From Candidatus Saccharimonadales bacterium (GTDB lineage: Bacteria > Patescibacteriota > Saccharimonadia > Saccharimonadales > EFPC-124): a stretch of DNA of 64,000 bases. A program made the translations under genes and the position numbers. This document shows, piece by piece, positions 1-10,006 of the stretch (positions are counted from its first letter, which is position 1; every line of letters begins with the position of its first letter). The stretch covers positions 754,659 to 818,658 of the forward strand of contig DATIBO010000006.1 of assembly GCA_035457485.1 (NCBI GenBank), in the 5' to 3' direction. The notes under the pieces are model-generated. The model searched no databases. It worked only from the letters and a program-made list of their open reading frames with translations, and was not told the origin of the DNA.

Positions 1-62
1 TAAACTTAGCACGGTCAAAAACTTATTTGGATTTTTTGCAAAAATAAGGTTATATAAAAGCT

Positions 63-515
63 ATGGCAAAAATCGACCACGCAATTGTAGATATTTTAAT
101 TATTAAAGACGACAAGTTTTTGCTTGTTCAAGAAAGCAAACCAGGGCGAGAAGGCTTATATAACATCCCCGGCGGTCATGTAGACGCGCACGAAACCCTT
201 TTTGAAGCAGCGGTTCGCGAAGCTAAAGAAGAAACAGGATATGATGTTGAGCTAACTGGCGTAATTGGAATTTATCAGAGTATTTTGCCGGAGTTAAATG
301 TTAGTGGGCCAGTTTTTACAGCCAAAATTATTGGCGGCGAAGCGACAAGCTCAGCCGAACATCCAGATGTTAAATGGGTAAGCGCAGATGAACTTTATAG
401 AATGGCAAAAGAAGGTGAGTTGTTTACTAAATATCCACCATTTGCAGTCAACCACTACTTAACGCGTGGGGCTTTTGGGTTGGAGATAATTGCGAGTTAC
501 GATTACACAAAATAA
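63..515 (+). CDS. NUDIX hydrolase
   Basis: 150-aa ORF with Nudix box GGHVDAHETLFEAAVREAKEETGY. Confidence 0.85.
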   Translation: MAKIDHAIVDILIIKDDKFLLVQESKPGREGLYNIPGGHVDAHETLFEAAVREAKEETGYDVELTGVIGIYQSILPELNVSGPVFTAKIIGGEATSSAEHPDVKWVSADELYRMAKEGELFTKYPPFAVNHYLTRGAFGLEIIASYDYTK

Positions 516-547
516 AAAATCCCAACTTTCGCTAGGGACTTTTTACA

Positions 548-633
548 TGGTGGGCGAGGTGGGAATCGAACCCACACTCTTTAAGGGAACTGGATTTTGA
601 GTCCAGCGCGTCTACCAATTCCGCCACTCGCCC
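548..633 (-). tRNA. tRNA-Leu (anticodon CAA), class II, CCA encoded
   Basis: Reverse complement GGGCGAGTGGCGGAATTGGTAGACGCGCTGGACTCAAAATCCAG...GTGGGTTCGATTCCCACCTCGCCCACCA. Acceptor GGGCGAG/CTCGCCC, anticodon stem CTGGA/TCCAG with loop CTCAAAA, long variable arm, T-arm GTGGG-TTCGATT-CCCAC. Confidence 0.9.
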
Positions 634-745
634 TAGGACTAGACTATTATAACAGATCCAATATGTTAACTCCAGTGCCACCCCAAAAGCCTTTTGTTAA
701 ACGCCCAAAAAATTATATACTAACCTCAAGTGGGTTTAATTTGCA

Positions 746-1855
746 ATGAATAATCAAGATAAAAATTTAGCTCCAGCAACGGGCGGCCACCCGGCTAGCA
801 ACGGCAATGACCTTAATCATACGCAAGCCGCCGATGTTGCAAGGCAGCAAATTAGTCAAATTTATAACCAGCACGGCGAACCAAATCAGACTACTGAGCA
901 AAAACCTAATCCTTACGCTCAGACTCACACCGAAAACTTTGACTGGACCAAGTACCACTCTGCTTGGCAAGAATACTATCAGGAATACTACAGACGATAC
1001 TATGCGCAGCAGCAACAACAACCGCTAGCAAATCAGCCAATTGTAGGCGGGGTAGAGCCCAAGCTGAGTCGAACTCAATCACTTAAAGCTGATATTAAAA
1101 ATAAGGTTAAAGAGCGCGCGCAAAACTTTAAAAAAAGCCACCATTTTTGGCCAATTATCACCGCCGTTGCCGTTGGCTTTATATTTTTACTAATTCAATT
1201 TAACGGATTACTTTTTGCACAAGTCAGAGCTTACGTCAGTCCTGGCGAGCTTGAAGGACAAAGTGTAGTAGTGACAAATCCGGCTGCGAGTTTTGAGGTT
1301 GGGCCAGAGCCACGACTGATAATCCCCAAAATTAATGTTGACGTTCCGGTCGTTTATGGCGTGGACTCACTCGAGGAAAATGCGGTGCAAGATGCGCTGC
1401 AAGAGGGGGTAGTGCACTACAATTTACCGGGCGCTAACTCGGTGCCAGGACAACGAGGCAACGGAAGCTATCTAGGGCACTCCAGTAACGATGTTTTTGC
1501 CGGCGGAGACTTTAAGTTTGCGCTTCTTTTGGCTGATAACCTGATGCCGGGCGACACCTTTTTTATGCACTACCAAGGCGTTCGCTACACATATAAAGTG
1601 ACCGAGAAGAAAATTATCAACCCAGATGAGATTTCGGCTTTACAAATTGGTTACGACAAACCGATGGCTACGCTGATAACCTGCACTCCTCCTGGCACAG
1701 CATTAAAACGACTACTAATTTATGGTGAGCAAATTAGCCCTGATCCAGCAACAGCCGTGCAACCTGCACAAACATCGCAACCAACCAATCAGACAGAAGT
1801 CATCCCGGGTAACTCGCCGACACTGTTCGAACAGCTATTTGGATGGCTGTTCTAG
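746..1855 (+). CDS. sortase family transpeptidase with Q/Y-rich N-terminal region and one TM helix
   Basis: TLITCTPPG (TLxTC catalytic Cys), upstream LGHSSN His, TM helix FWPIITAVAVGFIFLLIQF. Confidence 0.75.
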   Translation: MNNQDKNLAPATGGHPASNGNDLNHTQAADVARQQISQIYNQHGEPNQTTEQKPNPYAQTHTENFDWTKYHSAWQEYYQEYYRRYYAQQQQQPLANQPIVGGVEPKLSRTQSLKADIKNKVKERAQNFKKSHHFWPIITAVAVGFIFLLIQFNGLLFAQVRAYVSPGELEGQSVVVTNPAASFEVGPEPRLIIPKINVDVPVVYGVDSLEENAVQDALQEGVVHYNLPGANSVPGQRGNGSYLGHSSNDVFAGGDFKFALLLADNLMPGDTFFMHYQGVRYTYKVTEKKIINPDEISALQIGYDKPMATLITCTPPGTALKRLLIYGEQISPDPATAVQPAQTSQPTNQTEVIPGNSPTLFEQLFGWLF

Positions 1856-1881
1856 CTTCAAACATACAACCGCAAACTAGG

Positions 1882-3312
1882 TTATTCAACAATCATCCGC
1901 GATGACTGTAAGGTGTTATTCTTAAAGCTAAACAGCGACCTTCCATTTGGGCTAAGACTAGCGATCAGGCCTCCGCTAGCGTCTGTAATTTCGCTGGCGT
2001 TCTGACCATCAAATTCCATCATTACAAGTTTGTCGTTGGCCTGAGCCCAAAAATGGAAGCTATCGAGCCATTTAGGATGGTTGGCTACGTTGCCTTCTAT
2101 TGACGCCTGGGAAGTGTGCGCAAGTTCAAGGTCGTGGTTGATCCAGGAGCTAGCGTTACCAGCCGCTAACATTCGACCGTTGTCGCTAAATTTCATCCAA
2201 GCTATATCGCCATTGTACGTGATCTCGACTGGAGTAACTTTAGCTGACTCAGTCGGATCCTGCAAAATCTCGACCTTACCATTATTAGATGCGATTGCTA
2301 AATACTGATGTCTGTAATATTCCGTAAAATCAATCAAAACTTTTTCATCCAAGCCGAAGGTTTTAACAATAGTTTCTTGACCATTGTAGATGCCAACAAC
2401 CTGCTGCTTTGTTTGAGGATCACCGGCGACTTTTTCGCGCTCTGCTACGTATGCGATATGATCACCGCCATAAAGAACGAAACTTTTAGTCCCTACAACT
2501 AAGGCAGCTGACGCGTTGCCAGCTGGAATATCTAATCGCCGCAAAACATCAGATGTCTGCGCGTACAATATATTTGCATTATTGCCCGAAAAATGTACTT
2601 CGCCAATGTTAAGCCTGAACAAATTACCAATATTTACAGTTTCGGCTGCATTAGATCGATCAATTCGTAAAACCTCATTAACATCGCCATTTGTATGACG
2701 GACCAAAATGTAGCGTGAATCAAGCGACCACTCAATAATCTGAAACTGGCCAAAATTACCATCTTTTTTAGTTAAGCTTGTCTCAGGGATTGTCAGCTCT
2801 GTTAAAACTGGGTCTTTCTCGCTTGAAACGTCTGCCAAAGTAAAGGTGGGAGAGTTTTGCTGCTGCTGAATTAAAATCCAGCGACGATCAGGTGACGCCA
2901 GGCCATCTATTACACTAGGAAACTCGCGTACAGTTGTAGTTTTTACAGTGTTCGGCACAAATCTAGCGTAATCCAGCCACAAAAGCTGACCAGGCTGCAG
3001 GCTGACTTGACGATTCCAGTGGCGATAACCATCTAACTGCATACTAATATTGTGACTACCTGGACTCAAATAGGCGCGACTCGGGGTGTTTTCTTGGCGT
3101 GCATCATCTGCAAAAACCATTGCCCCAGTTGGGGTAGTACGAAACTGCGCCACGCCACCTTGTTCAAAACTAAAATCTTTATTAAACCGATAACCCATAG
3201 CATATAAAACTGCCAAGAAACTTAAAATAATTGTTGCCAGCGCCATCACCCCGTATGTAAAGAAGCGGAGAGCAAGCTGGACTTTTTTTGAAGAGAAATC
3301 TATTTTAATCAT
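1882..3312 (-). CDS. PEGA domain-containing membrane-anchored protein
   Basis: N-terminal TM helix. PEGA-like segment TTPTGAMVFADD...LSPGSHNISMQLDGYRHWNRQVSLQPGQ. Long beta-rich C-terminal part. Confidence 0.55.
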   Translation of the reverse strand: MIKIDFSSKKVQLALRFFTYGVMALATIILSFLAVLYAMGYRFNKDFSFEQGGVAQFRTTPTGAMVFADDARQENTPSRAYLSPGSHNISMQLDGYRHWNRQVSLQPGQLLWLDYARFVPNTVKTTTVREFPSVIDGLASPDRRWILIQQQQNSPTFTLADVSSEKDPVLTELTIPETSLTKKDGNFGQFQIIEWSLDSRYILVRHTNGDVNEVLRIDRSNAAETVNIGNLFRLNIGEVHFSGNNANILYAQTSDVLRRLDIPAGNASAALVVGTKSFVLYGGDHIAYVAEREKVAGDPQTKQQVVGIYNGQETIVKTFGLDEKVLIDFTEYYRHQYLAIASNNGKVEILQDPTESAKVTPVEITYNGDIAWMKFSDNGRMLAAGNASSWINHDLELAHTSQASIEGNVANHPKWLDSFHFWAQANDKLVMMEFDGQNASEITDASGGLIASLSPNGRSLFSFKNNTLQSSRMIVE

Positions 3313-3428
3313 CTACTAAAGTTATATCACAGATTAGAAGCGTAAGGTACTTGCATCGTAAGCATAATGAATTTAGTATAATATGTAGAACATTCGCAAA
3401 TAAGCGAGTGGAGGGTAATTTTAGGGGC

Positions 3429-4484
3429 ATGTCTAAAACAACAATTTCAATAAATGGGCGACTGTACGATGCCGTAACCGGAATGCCGGTTGCTGACGCA
3501 ATTAATCAACCTAAACCTGAGCATCGCGCGCCAACCCATCATCAATCTCATCAAAGTAGTCAAACTCACCAACCTAAATCTTTTAGCGATTTTGGAGTGC
3601 GGCAAGCAGCGCACACACATGTTGCACGCACTAGTACCGAAAAGCCAGCCGCTAGCGTACACCAACGGCCTTTAAAGTCACAAACTCTGCACCGCCAAGC
3701 TATCAAAAAGCCTGAGGTAGCACATACAGTTGAACATATCGCACAAACTACTCACCGAAGTCCACAAATTAGTAAGTTTGCCAGCCCTAAGATTGAACCA
3801 GTTCAGCAAATGCATGTTGAACCACCAGTTGAGCCGCCAAAAATGCCAGCGCCAGACCATCTAATTCCACCTCAAACTACACCTTTCCATCCAGCGCTCG
3901 CTCGCCAAGCCGCAAGCACGGCAAGCAGTTACCGTAGTAGTAAAGAACTTAAAGAACATCTTATTCGTGAACGTTTAGCCGAGGTTAGTACCCATAAAAC
4001 AAAAGCTAAAAAACAAAGTTTATTTGCCCGAAAACCCAAGCTTGCCAGTATCTTGGCAAGCACCTTGTCGCTGCTAATTTTGGGTGGCTATTTTACGTAC
4101 ATAAATTTGTCTAATATTTCTATGCAAGTAGCGTCTACGCGCGCAGGTGTAAGTGCGGAGTTCCCAAATTACAAGCCAAGCGGCTATGACATTAGCGGTC
4201 CAATCACATATGCACCAGGCGAAGTAAGCATTAATTATAAATCCAATGTAGGAGATGCTGGTTTTACGCTGACACAAAAAGCCGCCAACTGGGATAGTCA
4301 GGCGGTGCTCGACAACTACGTTCGAAAGCAAAGCAACACTTACTTAACTTTCCAAGATCATGGAATAACAGTTTACACGTTCAACAACAAGGCTGCATGG
4401 TCAAACGGTGGAATGCTCTACACGATCGACGGCAATGCCAATTTGAGCTCCGAACAGGTTTTGCGGCTAGCTACTAGTATTTAG
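3429..4484 (+). CDS. hypothetical membrane protein (H/Q/P-rich N-terminal half, one TM helix, globular C-terminus)
   Basis: ORF 3351..4484. I prefer the ATG at 3429 (MSKTTISING) downstream of GGAGGG over the TTG at 3351. No recognisable motif. Confidence 0.45.
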   Translation: MSKTTISINGRLYDAVTGMPVADAINQPKPEHRAPTHHQSHQSSQTHQPKSFSDFGVRQAAHTHVARTSTEKPAASVHQRPLKSQTLHRQAIKKPEVAHTVEHIAQTTHRSPQISKFASPKIEPVQQMHVEPPVEPPKMPAPDHLIPPQTTPFHPALARQAASTASSYRSSKELKEHLIRERLAEVSTHKTKAKKQSLFARKPKLASILASTLSLLILGGYFTYINLSNISMQVASTRAGVSAEFPNYKPSGYDISGPITYAPGEVSINYKSNVGDAGFTLTQKAANWDSQAVLDNYVRKQSNTYLTFQDHGITVYTFNNKAAWSNGGMLYTIDGNANLSSEQVLRLATSI

Positions 4485-4507
4485 CGTAGATTGATTTTTG
4501 GTTAGAT

Positions 4508-4534
4508 AATAAGCTCTCTTGTTGGGAGCTTATT
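4508..4534. terminator. bidirectional hairpin between convergent genes
   Basis: AATAAGCTC (4508-4516) pairs with GAGCTTATT (4526-4534), 9-nt loop, AT-rich on both sides. Confidence 0.55.
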
Positions 4535-4547
4535 ATAATTTTAAAAG

Positions 4548-6197
4548 TTATATGCGATTAAAACGTTCGACGACTCGATCTTTGCCCATAACCAACATCA
4601 TCTCGTGTAGGTTTGGGCTACGATTACGACCCGTCAAAGCTACTCGCAGTACCATCGCGACCTCGGCGACTGAACCTTTGAACTTATCTGGATTCTGCCT
4701 AAACTCTCTTGTATCTGGGGTGAATCCGTTTTTAGATCCAACAGTTTTTAACTTCTCGAACCAAGTCTGCTGATCATCGGCTGGATCATAACTCGCCAAA
4801 AAATCAGCAATCAAAGCTTTTGCGTCGGCCGGAGCAACGCCTCCAAAGTCAAACTCGGTAACCTGAGCAAAAATATCGTCAAAAAAGAACCCGTAAGCAT
4901 CGCGAAAATCAGACATCTTTCCAATATCTTTGCGTTTAGCATTATCGCGCTCAATCGACAAAACTTTAGCAGAGTATTCTGGGTCGGCAAGCAGCGCAAC
5001 CTCGAGCTCTTGGTCATATTTTTGCGACCATTTTACAACCAAATCAAAAACTTGCTTGGCAGTTAAGCTAGCCAAATAATTACGACTGATGTCTTCGAGT
5101 TTTTCCATACTCAAAAGAGCGCCAGAGTTTTTTTGCATTTTATCCAACTTAAATTCAAACTCTTTGTAAGCTAAGTTTGGGTTAGCACGGCGCCAATCTT
5201 CAAAATTGGAGTTAGCCAAATTCAACAAATACTCAAGTACAGCAACAACTGGGTAGCCCTCTTGTTCAAAAAAGGCGACATTTGCTTCTGGATCTTTCCG
5301 TTTGCTGAGCTTGCGGCGAGAGTTGCCATCCATCTTCTGAATCGGCGCACCGTGCGCATAAACAAACGGCTTATGTCCAAGGGCCTCGGTAAGCTGCATG
5401 TGCAAGGTTGTAGAGGGAAACCATTCATCCGTTCGCAAAATTGTTGTAGTTCCCATCAAAAAGTCATCTACGGCATGCGCCAAATGATAAGTTGGTAAGC
5501 CGATTCTTTTTAGCACCACAATATCATTGTCATTTTCAGGAAGCTCTTTGCGCCCCTTAATTAGATCGTGGACTACGCGCCTTTTATTAACGTCGCCAGT
5601 TGACCTAAAGCGAATTACAAATTGCTTGCCCGCATCAAGCGCCTTAACAACTTCAGACTCAGGTTTGTCGCGCCAAACCGCCCATTCGCCGTAGTAGCCA
5701 GGGCGAATCTTTTGCGCCATTTGGTTTTTGGCATTAGCTTCAAGTTCCTCAGGGGTTGCAAAACAAGGGTAGGCTAAGCCGCGCTCAAGCAACTTGCGAA
5801 CGTAAGTCTTGTAAATATCGGCTCGCTTTGTTTGAGAATATGGACCATAACCGCCAAGTTCACCGCCGATAATCGGGCCTTCGTCGTACGCCAAATCAAA
5901 GTTTTCGAGCATTTCTATGATGAGCTCACGCGCACCTTCAACCTCGCGCTTAGTGTCGGTATCCTCAATACGTAGATAATAAATTCCGCCAGTCTGAGCC
6001 GCCAAACGCTTGCAAATGAACGCCATATATAGCGTACCGATGTGCATAAAACCAGTTGGGCTCGGTGCAACGCGCACAACCTCAGCTCCTGCCGGTAAAT
6101 TGCGAGGTGGGTAGGTGGCTTCAATCTCCTCGATGGTTCTTTCACCCGTAGGCAGAATTCTATCTAAAGTTTCGGTGCTTAAAATAACTTGTGACAT
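4548..6197 (-). CDS. gltX: glutamate--tRNA ligase
   Basis: HIGH motif PSPTGFMHIGT and KMSKS-like KLSKRK. Start moved to MSQVILSTE (6197) from the ORF-track M at 6251. Confidence 0.9.
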   Translation of the reverse strand: MSQVILSTETLDRILPTGERTIEEIEATYPPRNLPAGAEVVRVAPSPTGFMHIGTLYMAFICKRLAAQTGGIYYLRIEDTDTKREVEGARELIIEMLENFDLAYDEGPIIGGELGGYGPYSQTKRADIYKTYVRKLLERGLAYPCFATPEELEANAKNQMAQKIRPGYYGEWAVWRDKPESEVVKALDAGKQFVIRFRSTGDVNKRRVVHDLIKGRKELPENDNDIVVLKRIGLPTYHLAHAVDDFLMGTTTILRTDEWFPSTTLHMQLTEALGHKPFVYAHGAPIQKMDGNSRRKLSKRKDPEANVAFFEQEGYPVVAVLEYLLNLANSNFEDWRRANPNLAYKEFEFKLDKMQKNSGALLSMEKLEDISRNYLASLTAKQVFDLVVKWSQKYDQELEVALLADPEYSAKVLSIERDNAKRKDIGKMSDFRDAYGFFFDDIFAQVTEFDFGGVAPADAKALIADFLASYDPADDQQTWFEKLKTVGSKNGFTPDTREFRQNPDKFKGSVAEVAMVLRVALTGRNRSPNLHEMMLVMGKDRVVERFNRI

Positions 6198-6271
6198 ATT
6201 AAGACAATAGTACAACAGATGTAGCCAAACTGAAAGTAGATGATCATTCACAATCTGTTACAATAAAATCA

Positions 6272-7360
6272 ATGAAAACCAAAAGCAATTTGTGGGCAAA
6301 TTTCAAAAACTGGGTAGAATCACACAAAAAACCAGCAATAGCTCTAAGTGTGGGGCTTTTTGTTTTAAGTTTGGCAATTATCGGCGGCTGCGCATTTTTA
6401 CTTTTAAAGCCCGGTGAAGTTGTTGCAATGACCGAGCAACCTAAAATCGAGGCGCCTGTTTATCCTGAGATTTTTAGATCGCCTTTAACCGGCGGCAAAG
6501 TGGCAACAGAAGAATTAACTAAGCGGCAAGTCACTGCTATTATGATCGAAAACAGTCCTGATGCGCGACCTCAATCAGGGTTGCGCGATTCTGGTGTGGT
6601 TTTTGAAGCCATTGCAGAAGGTGGAATTACACGTTTTTTGGCCTTATACCAAGAACAGCGCCCCAGTTTAATCGGCCCTGTGCGCAGCGTACGCCCATAC
6701 TACGTCGATTGGCTCGCAAGTTTTGACGCCGCTGTGGCTCATATTGGCGGTAGCGCAAACGCATTAAAAGAAGTTCGTAACGGGCAGTACAAAGACATAG
6801 ATCAGTTTTTTAACGCCCAAGCTTATTGGCGTGCGACAGATAGATATGCCCCACATAACGTTTACACTGATTTTGATCACCTAGATGAACTCAACCAATC
6901 TAAAGGATTTACCAGCAGTAGCTTCACCGCTTGGCCACGCAAAATAGATAGCCCTCCTCCAGCGCCAAAAGTTACAAAAATCGACGTTGACGTTTCGTCG
7001 CCAACATTCGATGTTCATTATGATTATGATCCGGCCAGCAATACGTACTTGCGTTCATTTGGAACTGGCGAGCCACACGAAGACCGGGAAGCTGGGCGCA
7101 TTGCACCAAAAGTTGTTGTTGTCATGAAAGTTCCGTCCAGCATTGCATTCGAGGATGGGTACCGCGAACAAATGGCAACGGTTGGGACTGGTCAAGCTTA
7201 CTTTTTTCAAGATGGCCAGATAATTGAAGGTTTCTGGAACAAGCCCAACCAAAAAGCACCTATTAGTTTTTACGACAAACTAGGTCAGTCAATCGTTTTT
7301 AATGAAGGCCAAATTTGGATAACTGTAACCGACCCAGATAAAGATGTAACATGGCAGTAA
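6272..7360 (+). CDS. DUF3048 (YerB-like) domain protein, membrane-anchored
   Basis: N-terminal TM helix. IMIENSPDARPQSGLRDSGVVFEAIAEGGITRFLALY is typical of DUF3048. Confidence 0.7.
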   Translation: MKTKSNLWANFKNWVESHKKPAIALSVGLFVLSLAIIGGCAFLLLKPGEVVAMTEQPKIEAPVYPEIFRSPLTGGKVATEELTKRQVTAIMIENSPDARPQSGLRDSGVVFEAIAEGGITRFLALYQEQRPSLIGPVRSVRPYYVDWLASFDAAVAHIGGSANALKEVRNGQYKDIDQFFNAQAYWRATDRYAPHNVYTDFDHLDELNQSKGFTSSSFTAWPRKIDSPPPAPKVTKIDVDVSSPTFDVHYDYDPASNTYLRSFGTGEPHEDREAGRIAPKVVVVMKVPSSIAFEDGYREQMATVGTGQAYFFQDGQIIEGFWNKPNQKAPISFYDKLGQSIVFNEGQIWITVTDPDKDVTWQ

Positions 7361-8847
7361 AAATCCACGACTACTTTAAAAAATTCAGGCAAAAAGCGAT
7401 TTTAATCGTAACTGTTTTGCAATTAAGCCTGGCTTTTTTAGCTGCATTTGCGCTAAGCAACATCACCCACGCTGACTTCGGCATGACATTTATGGTTTTA
7501 GCGGTGATAAATTTGCTCGCTACGCCTTTGGTCGTAACTGTTTTAAGCCAACCTTTTGGCAAACTAAGCAAAGCTGTGGCACACGTTAGTCAAGACCCTG
7601 TAATTACAGAGCCGCCCAAGCTAACAAAAGCAGATGAACAAACGGGATTAAAAGCTTTAGTTCAGACTGTTTACGAACTGGCCGTGGCGTCACCAAAAAA
7701 ACATGATGAGCAACAAAATGAAACTGCGGTTTTTAAAGAAATTTTAGACGTTTTACCATGCGGTGTAATCGCGCTTGGTAGCGACGGAACCGTTATATAC
7801 GCCAATCAACTCGCCCCTGTTAGTAAAACTCCAGAAGGCAAATTAACAATAGATCTGCATTTTGAGCAAAACGACACTTTAGCAGACTGGGTGTCAACTG
7901 CTCAAGCAAATAAAGTTCGCGATTCGCGACTGTGGTTGCGCGTGGCCGACAAATTGCCAGGTGAGCCCGAACAACGAATTTTCGACGTAGCAACTTATTA
8001 CCAAAAAGGAGACCCGACTGGACTTGAGGCGATAATTGTGACCTTTGACCGCACAAACGTATACAAAAACGATCAAGAAGACATGGATTTTATTGCTCTG
8101 GCCGCCCACGAATTGCGCGGACCAATTACGGTAATTCGCGGCTATCTTGACGTTTTTTCGCAGGAACTTGGCGACAGGCTCGATGCTGAGCAAAAACTCT
8201 TACTTGAACGACTAGAAGTTTCGGCCGAAAGATTATCGGGCAACGTGAATAATATTCTGAACGTGTCACGCTTTGACCGAAAGCAGCTTGCGTTTAGCCC
8301 GCAGGAAGAAAAATTAAGCGAAATCATCGCAGGATTAACCCCCGACTTGAACTTGCGTGCCCGGACCCAGCGGAAATTGCTCAAGTTCCAAATCCCTGCA
8401 AATCTACCAACGATCGCAGCCGATCGCGGCAGCCTAGGCGAGGTAATAACAAACTTGGTAGACAACGCTATAAAGTACAGCCCAGAAGGTGGCGAGGTTT
8501 TGATCAGCGCCGCACAAAAAGACAGCGAAGTTGAGTTCACAGTTCAAGATCATGGTATAGGCATTCCGGCTGCAATTGTTGGTAATTTGTTCAGCCGCTT
8601 TTACAGATCACACCGAAGTAGCCAAGCGATAGGAGGTACTGGTCTTGGCTTGTACATTTGCAAGGCTATAGTCGAAATGCATGGTGGCAAAATCTGGGTA
8701 CGATCAGTCGAGGGCCAGGGTAGCACTTTTGGGGTACTTTTACCAACATATGCCAGCGTTGCGGACAAATTAAAAACAGGCCATAATGCAGATATAACAC
8801 AGCGCCCAGAAGGTTGGATTAAAAACCACGCGATGATCCGGAGGTAG
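7351..8847 (+). CDS. sensor histidine kinase (TM, PAS-like, HisKA, HATPase_c)
   Basis: H-box AAHELRGPITVIRGY, N-box NLVDNAIKYSP, G-boxes DHGIGIP and GGTGLGLYICK. Confidence 0.85.
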   Translation: MAVKIHDYFKKFRQKAILIVTVLQLSLAFLAAFALSNITHADFGMTFMVLAVINLLATPLVVTVLSQPFGKLSKAVAHVSQDPVITEPPKLTKADEQTGLKALVQTVYELAVASPKKHDEQQNETAVFKEILDVLPCGVIALGSDGTVIYANQLAPVSKTPEGKLTIDLHFEQNDTLADWVSTAQANKVRDSRLWLRVADKLPGEPEQRIFDVATYYQKGDPTGLEAIIVTFDRTNVYKNDQEDMDFIALAAHELRGPITVIRGYLDVFSQELGDRLDAEQKLLLERLEVSAERLSGNVNNILNVSRFDRKQLAFSPQEEKLSEIIAGLTPDLNLRARTQRKLLKFQIPANLPTIAADRGSLGEVITNLVDNAIKYSPEGGEVLISAAQKDSEVEFTVQDHGIGIPAAIVGNLFSRFYRSHRSSQAIGGTGLGLYICKAIVEMHGGKIWVRSVEGQGSTFGVLLPTYASVADKLKTGHNADITQRPEGWIKNHAMIRR

Positions 8848-8848
8848 A

Positions 8849-9235
8849 ATGGATACAACAATAAAAACAATTTTATGCATCGAAGACGACCCCTTTATTG
8901 GTGACATGTACGCACGCAGCCTACGTAAAAGTGGATACGACGTAAAACTCGTTACTAGCGGTCAACTGGGTGTAGACGAGGCGTTAAAAAACACTTACGA
9001 CTTAATTTTGCTAGACATCTTACTGCCCGAAAAGCAGGGGACCGAAGTGTTAAAAGTTTTGCGCGGAGACACAGACAAGGTGCCCAATTCGCGCATTTTG
9101 GTTCTAACAAACTTTAGCCAGGACAAAGAATCCAGACTTGCCATGGAGAGCAAAGCCGACGGCTACCTAATTAAAGCCGACATTACTCCGCGAAAGCTAA
9201 TCGAAATAATTAAAAGCATGACAAGAGTAGTGTAA
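8849..9235 (+). CDS. response regulator, receiver domain only
   Basis: 128 aa with CIEDD...LLDILLP...YLIKAD receiver signature. Starts 2 nt after the kinase stop. Confidence 0.85.
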   Translation: MDTTIKTILCIEDDPFIGDMYARSLRKSGYDVKLVTSGQLGVDEALKNTYDLILLDILLPEKQGTEVLKVLRGDTDKVPNSRILVLTNFSQDKESRLAMESKADGYLIKADITPRKLIEIIKSMTRVV

Positions 9236-9250
9236 TAGGAGCAAGATCAC

Positions 9251-9778
9251 ATGGCGCATATGGAATCGTACGATCAAGAAAAAATGCGACACGATAATAT
9301 TTTAACGCCTGACTACCTTCAAGACTACTCGGGTACCCCAAAAACCGAAACCGAGCGACCAGCCGGCGGGCGAAACTTGCTTTACCTAATTTTAAGCGAG
9401 CAGAGTGCTGACAAAGTTTTAGGCTGGTGGGACGAACGCAAAACTCGTAAAGCCGGGCGGCATGCGATTAACAACGCAGCTACCGAGGTTATACCACGCA
9501 TTGTTGACGAATCGGTTGATCCAACCAAAGAAGTCTTTAGAATTCCGCAAACCGGGGAAATCGACGATGCAAAAAAATCACAAGCCAACCGCGCACTCGG
9601 TACAACCACACAAGAAATGCCAATCAACACTAGATACCCGTCAGACGCAGAAGAAGGTGGCAAACATCGACTGAACGAAGAGCGGCAAACCGTGACCTTT
9701 CCTAAGATTGACGACGACACGACCCAACCACTGCCGCGGATAAGGACCAACAATAGCGATACCTTGCGTAAGATGTAA
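9251..9778 (+). CDS. hypothetical protein (charged, probably disordered)
   Basis: 175-aa ORF co-oriented with the upstream two-component pair. No motif. A 138-aa antisense ORF also exists. Confidence 0.4.
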   Translation: MAHMESYDQEKMRHDNILTPDYLQDYSGTPKTETERPAGGRNLLYLILSEQSADKVLGWWDERKTRKAGRHAINNAATEVIPRIVDESVDPTKEVFRIPQTGEIDDAKKSQANRALGTTTQEMPINTRYPSDAEEGGKHRLNEERQTVTFPKIDDDTTQPLPRIRTNNSDTLRKM

Positions 9779-9836
9779 CCCGGTTTAAGCCTGGACAACC
9801 GACCCCTAAAAATGATAAAATCAACCTGTTTTACGC

Positions 9837-9911
9837 GGCCTCATCGTCTAACGGTTAGGACACAAGGTTCTCATCCTTGCAATCGGGGTTCGATTCCCCG
9901 TGAGGTCACCA
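9837..9911 (+). tRNA. tRNA-Glu (anticodon CTC), CCA encoded
   Basis: GGCCTCATCGTCTAACGGTTAGGACACAAGGTTCTCATCCTTGCAATCGGGGTTCGATTCCCCGTGAGGTCACCA. Anticodon stem CAAGG/CCTTG, loop TTCTCAT, T-arm CGGGG-TTCGATT-CCCCG. Confidence 0.9.
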
Positions 9912-9929
9912 TTTAGACACAAATAAAGA

Positions 9930-9960
9930 AGCTCCAGAATCTGTTCCTGGAGCTATTTTT
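9930..9960 (+). terminator. intrinsic terminator after tRNA-Glu
   Basis: AGCTCCAG/CTGGAGCT 8-bp stem, 9-nt loop, followed by ATTTTT. Confidence 0.65.
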
Positions 9961-10006
9961 AACTCATCCGGTAATCAGATCGCGCTTGTGACAAGGGCGG
10001 CAATTA

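Noticed and set aside
6198-6251. N-terminal extensions offered by the ORF track (gltX to 6251, glyQS to 54305, marR to 10516, NUDIX to 51748, 3351, 15158, 48675)
   Set aside because: The extensions encode hydrophobic or Cys-rich junk (for example MNDHLLSVWLHLLYYCLN), overlap neighbouring genes or promoters, and a downstream ATG aligns with the conserved N-terminus of the family.
8142-8540. Long antisense ORFs inside well-supported genes (for example 8142..8540 -, 12976..13305 -, 17394..17831 +, 28534..29034 -, 42799..43071 +, 45992..46375 +, 53466..53909 +, 63362..63706 +)
   Set aside because: Each lies wholly within a gene with strong motif evidence on the other strand and has no motif, SD or independent signal of its own. 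They are typical shadow ORFs.
9382-9798. 138-aa minus-strand ORF opposite the 9251..9778 hypothetical gene
   Set aside because: The plus-strand ORF is co-oriented with and 16 nt downstream of the receiver gene. The minus ORF would run into the tRNA-Glu promoter region and is Ser/Leu/Cys-rich. The call remains low-confidence either way.
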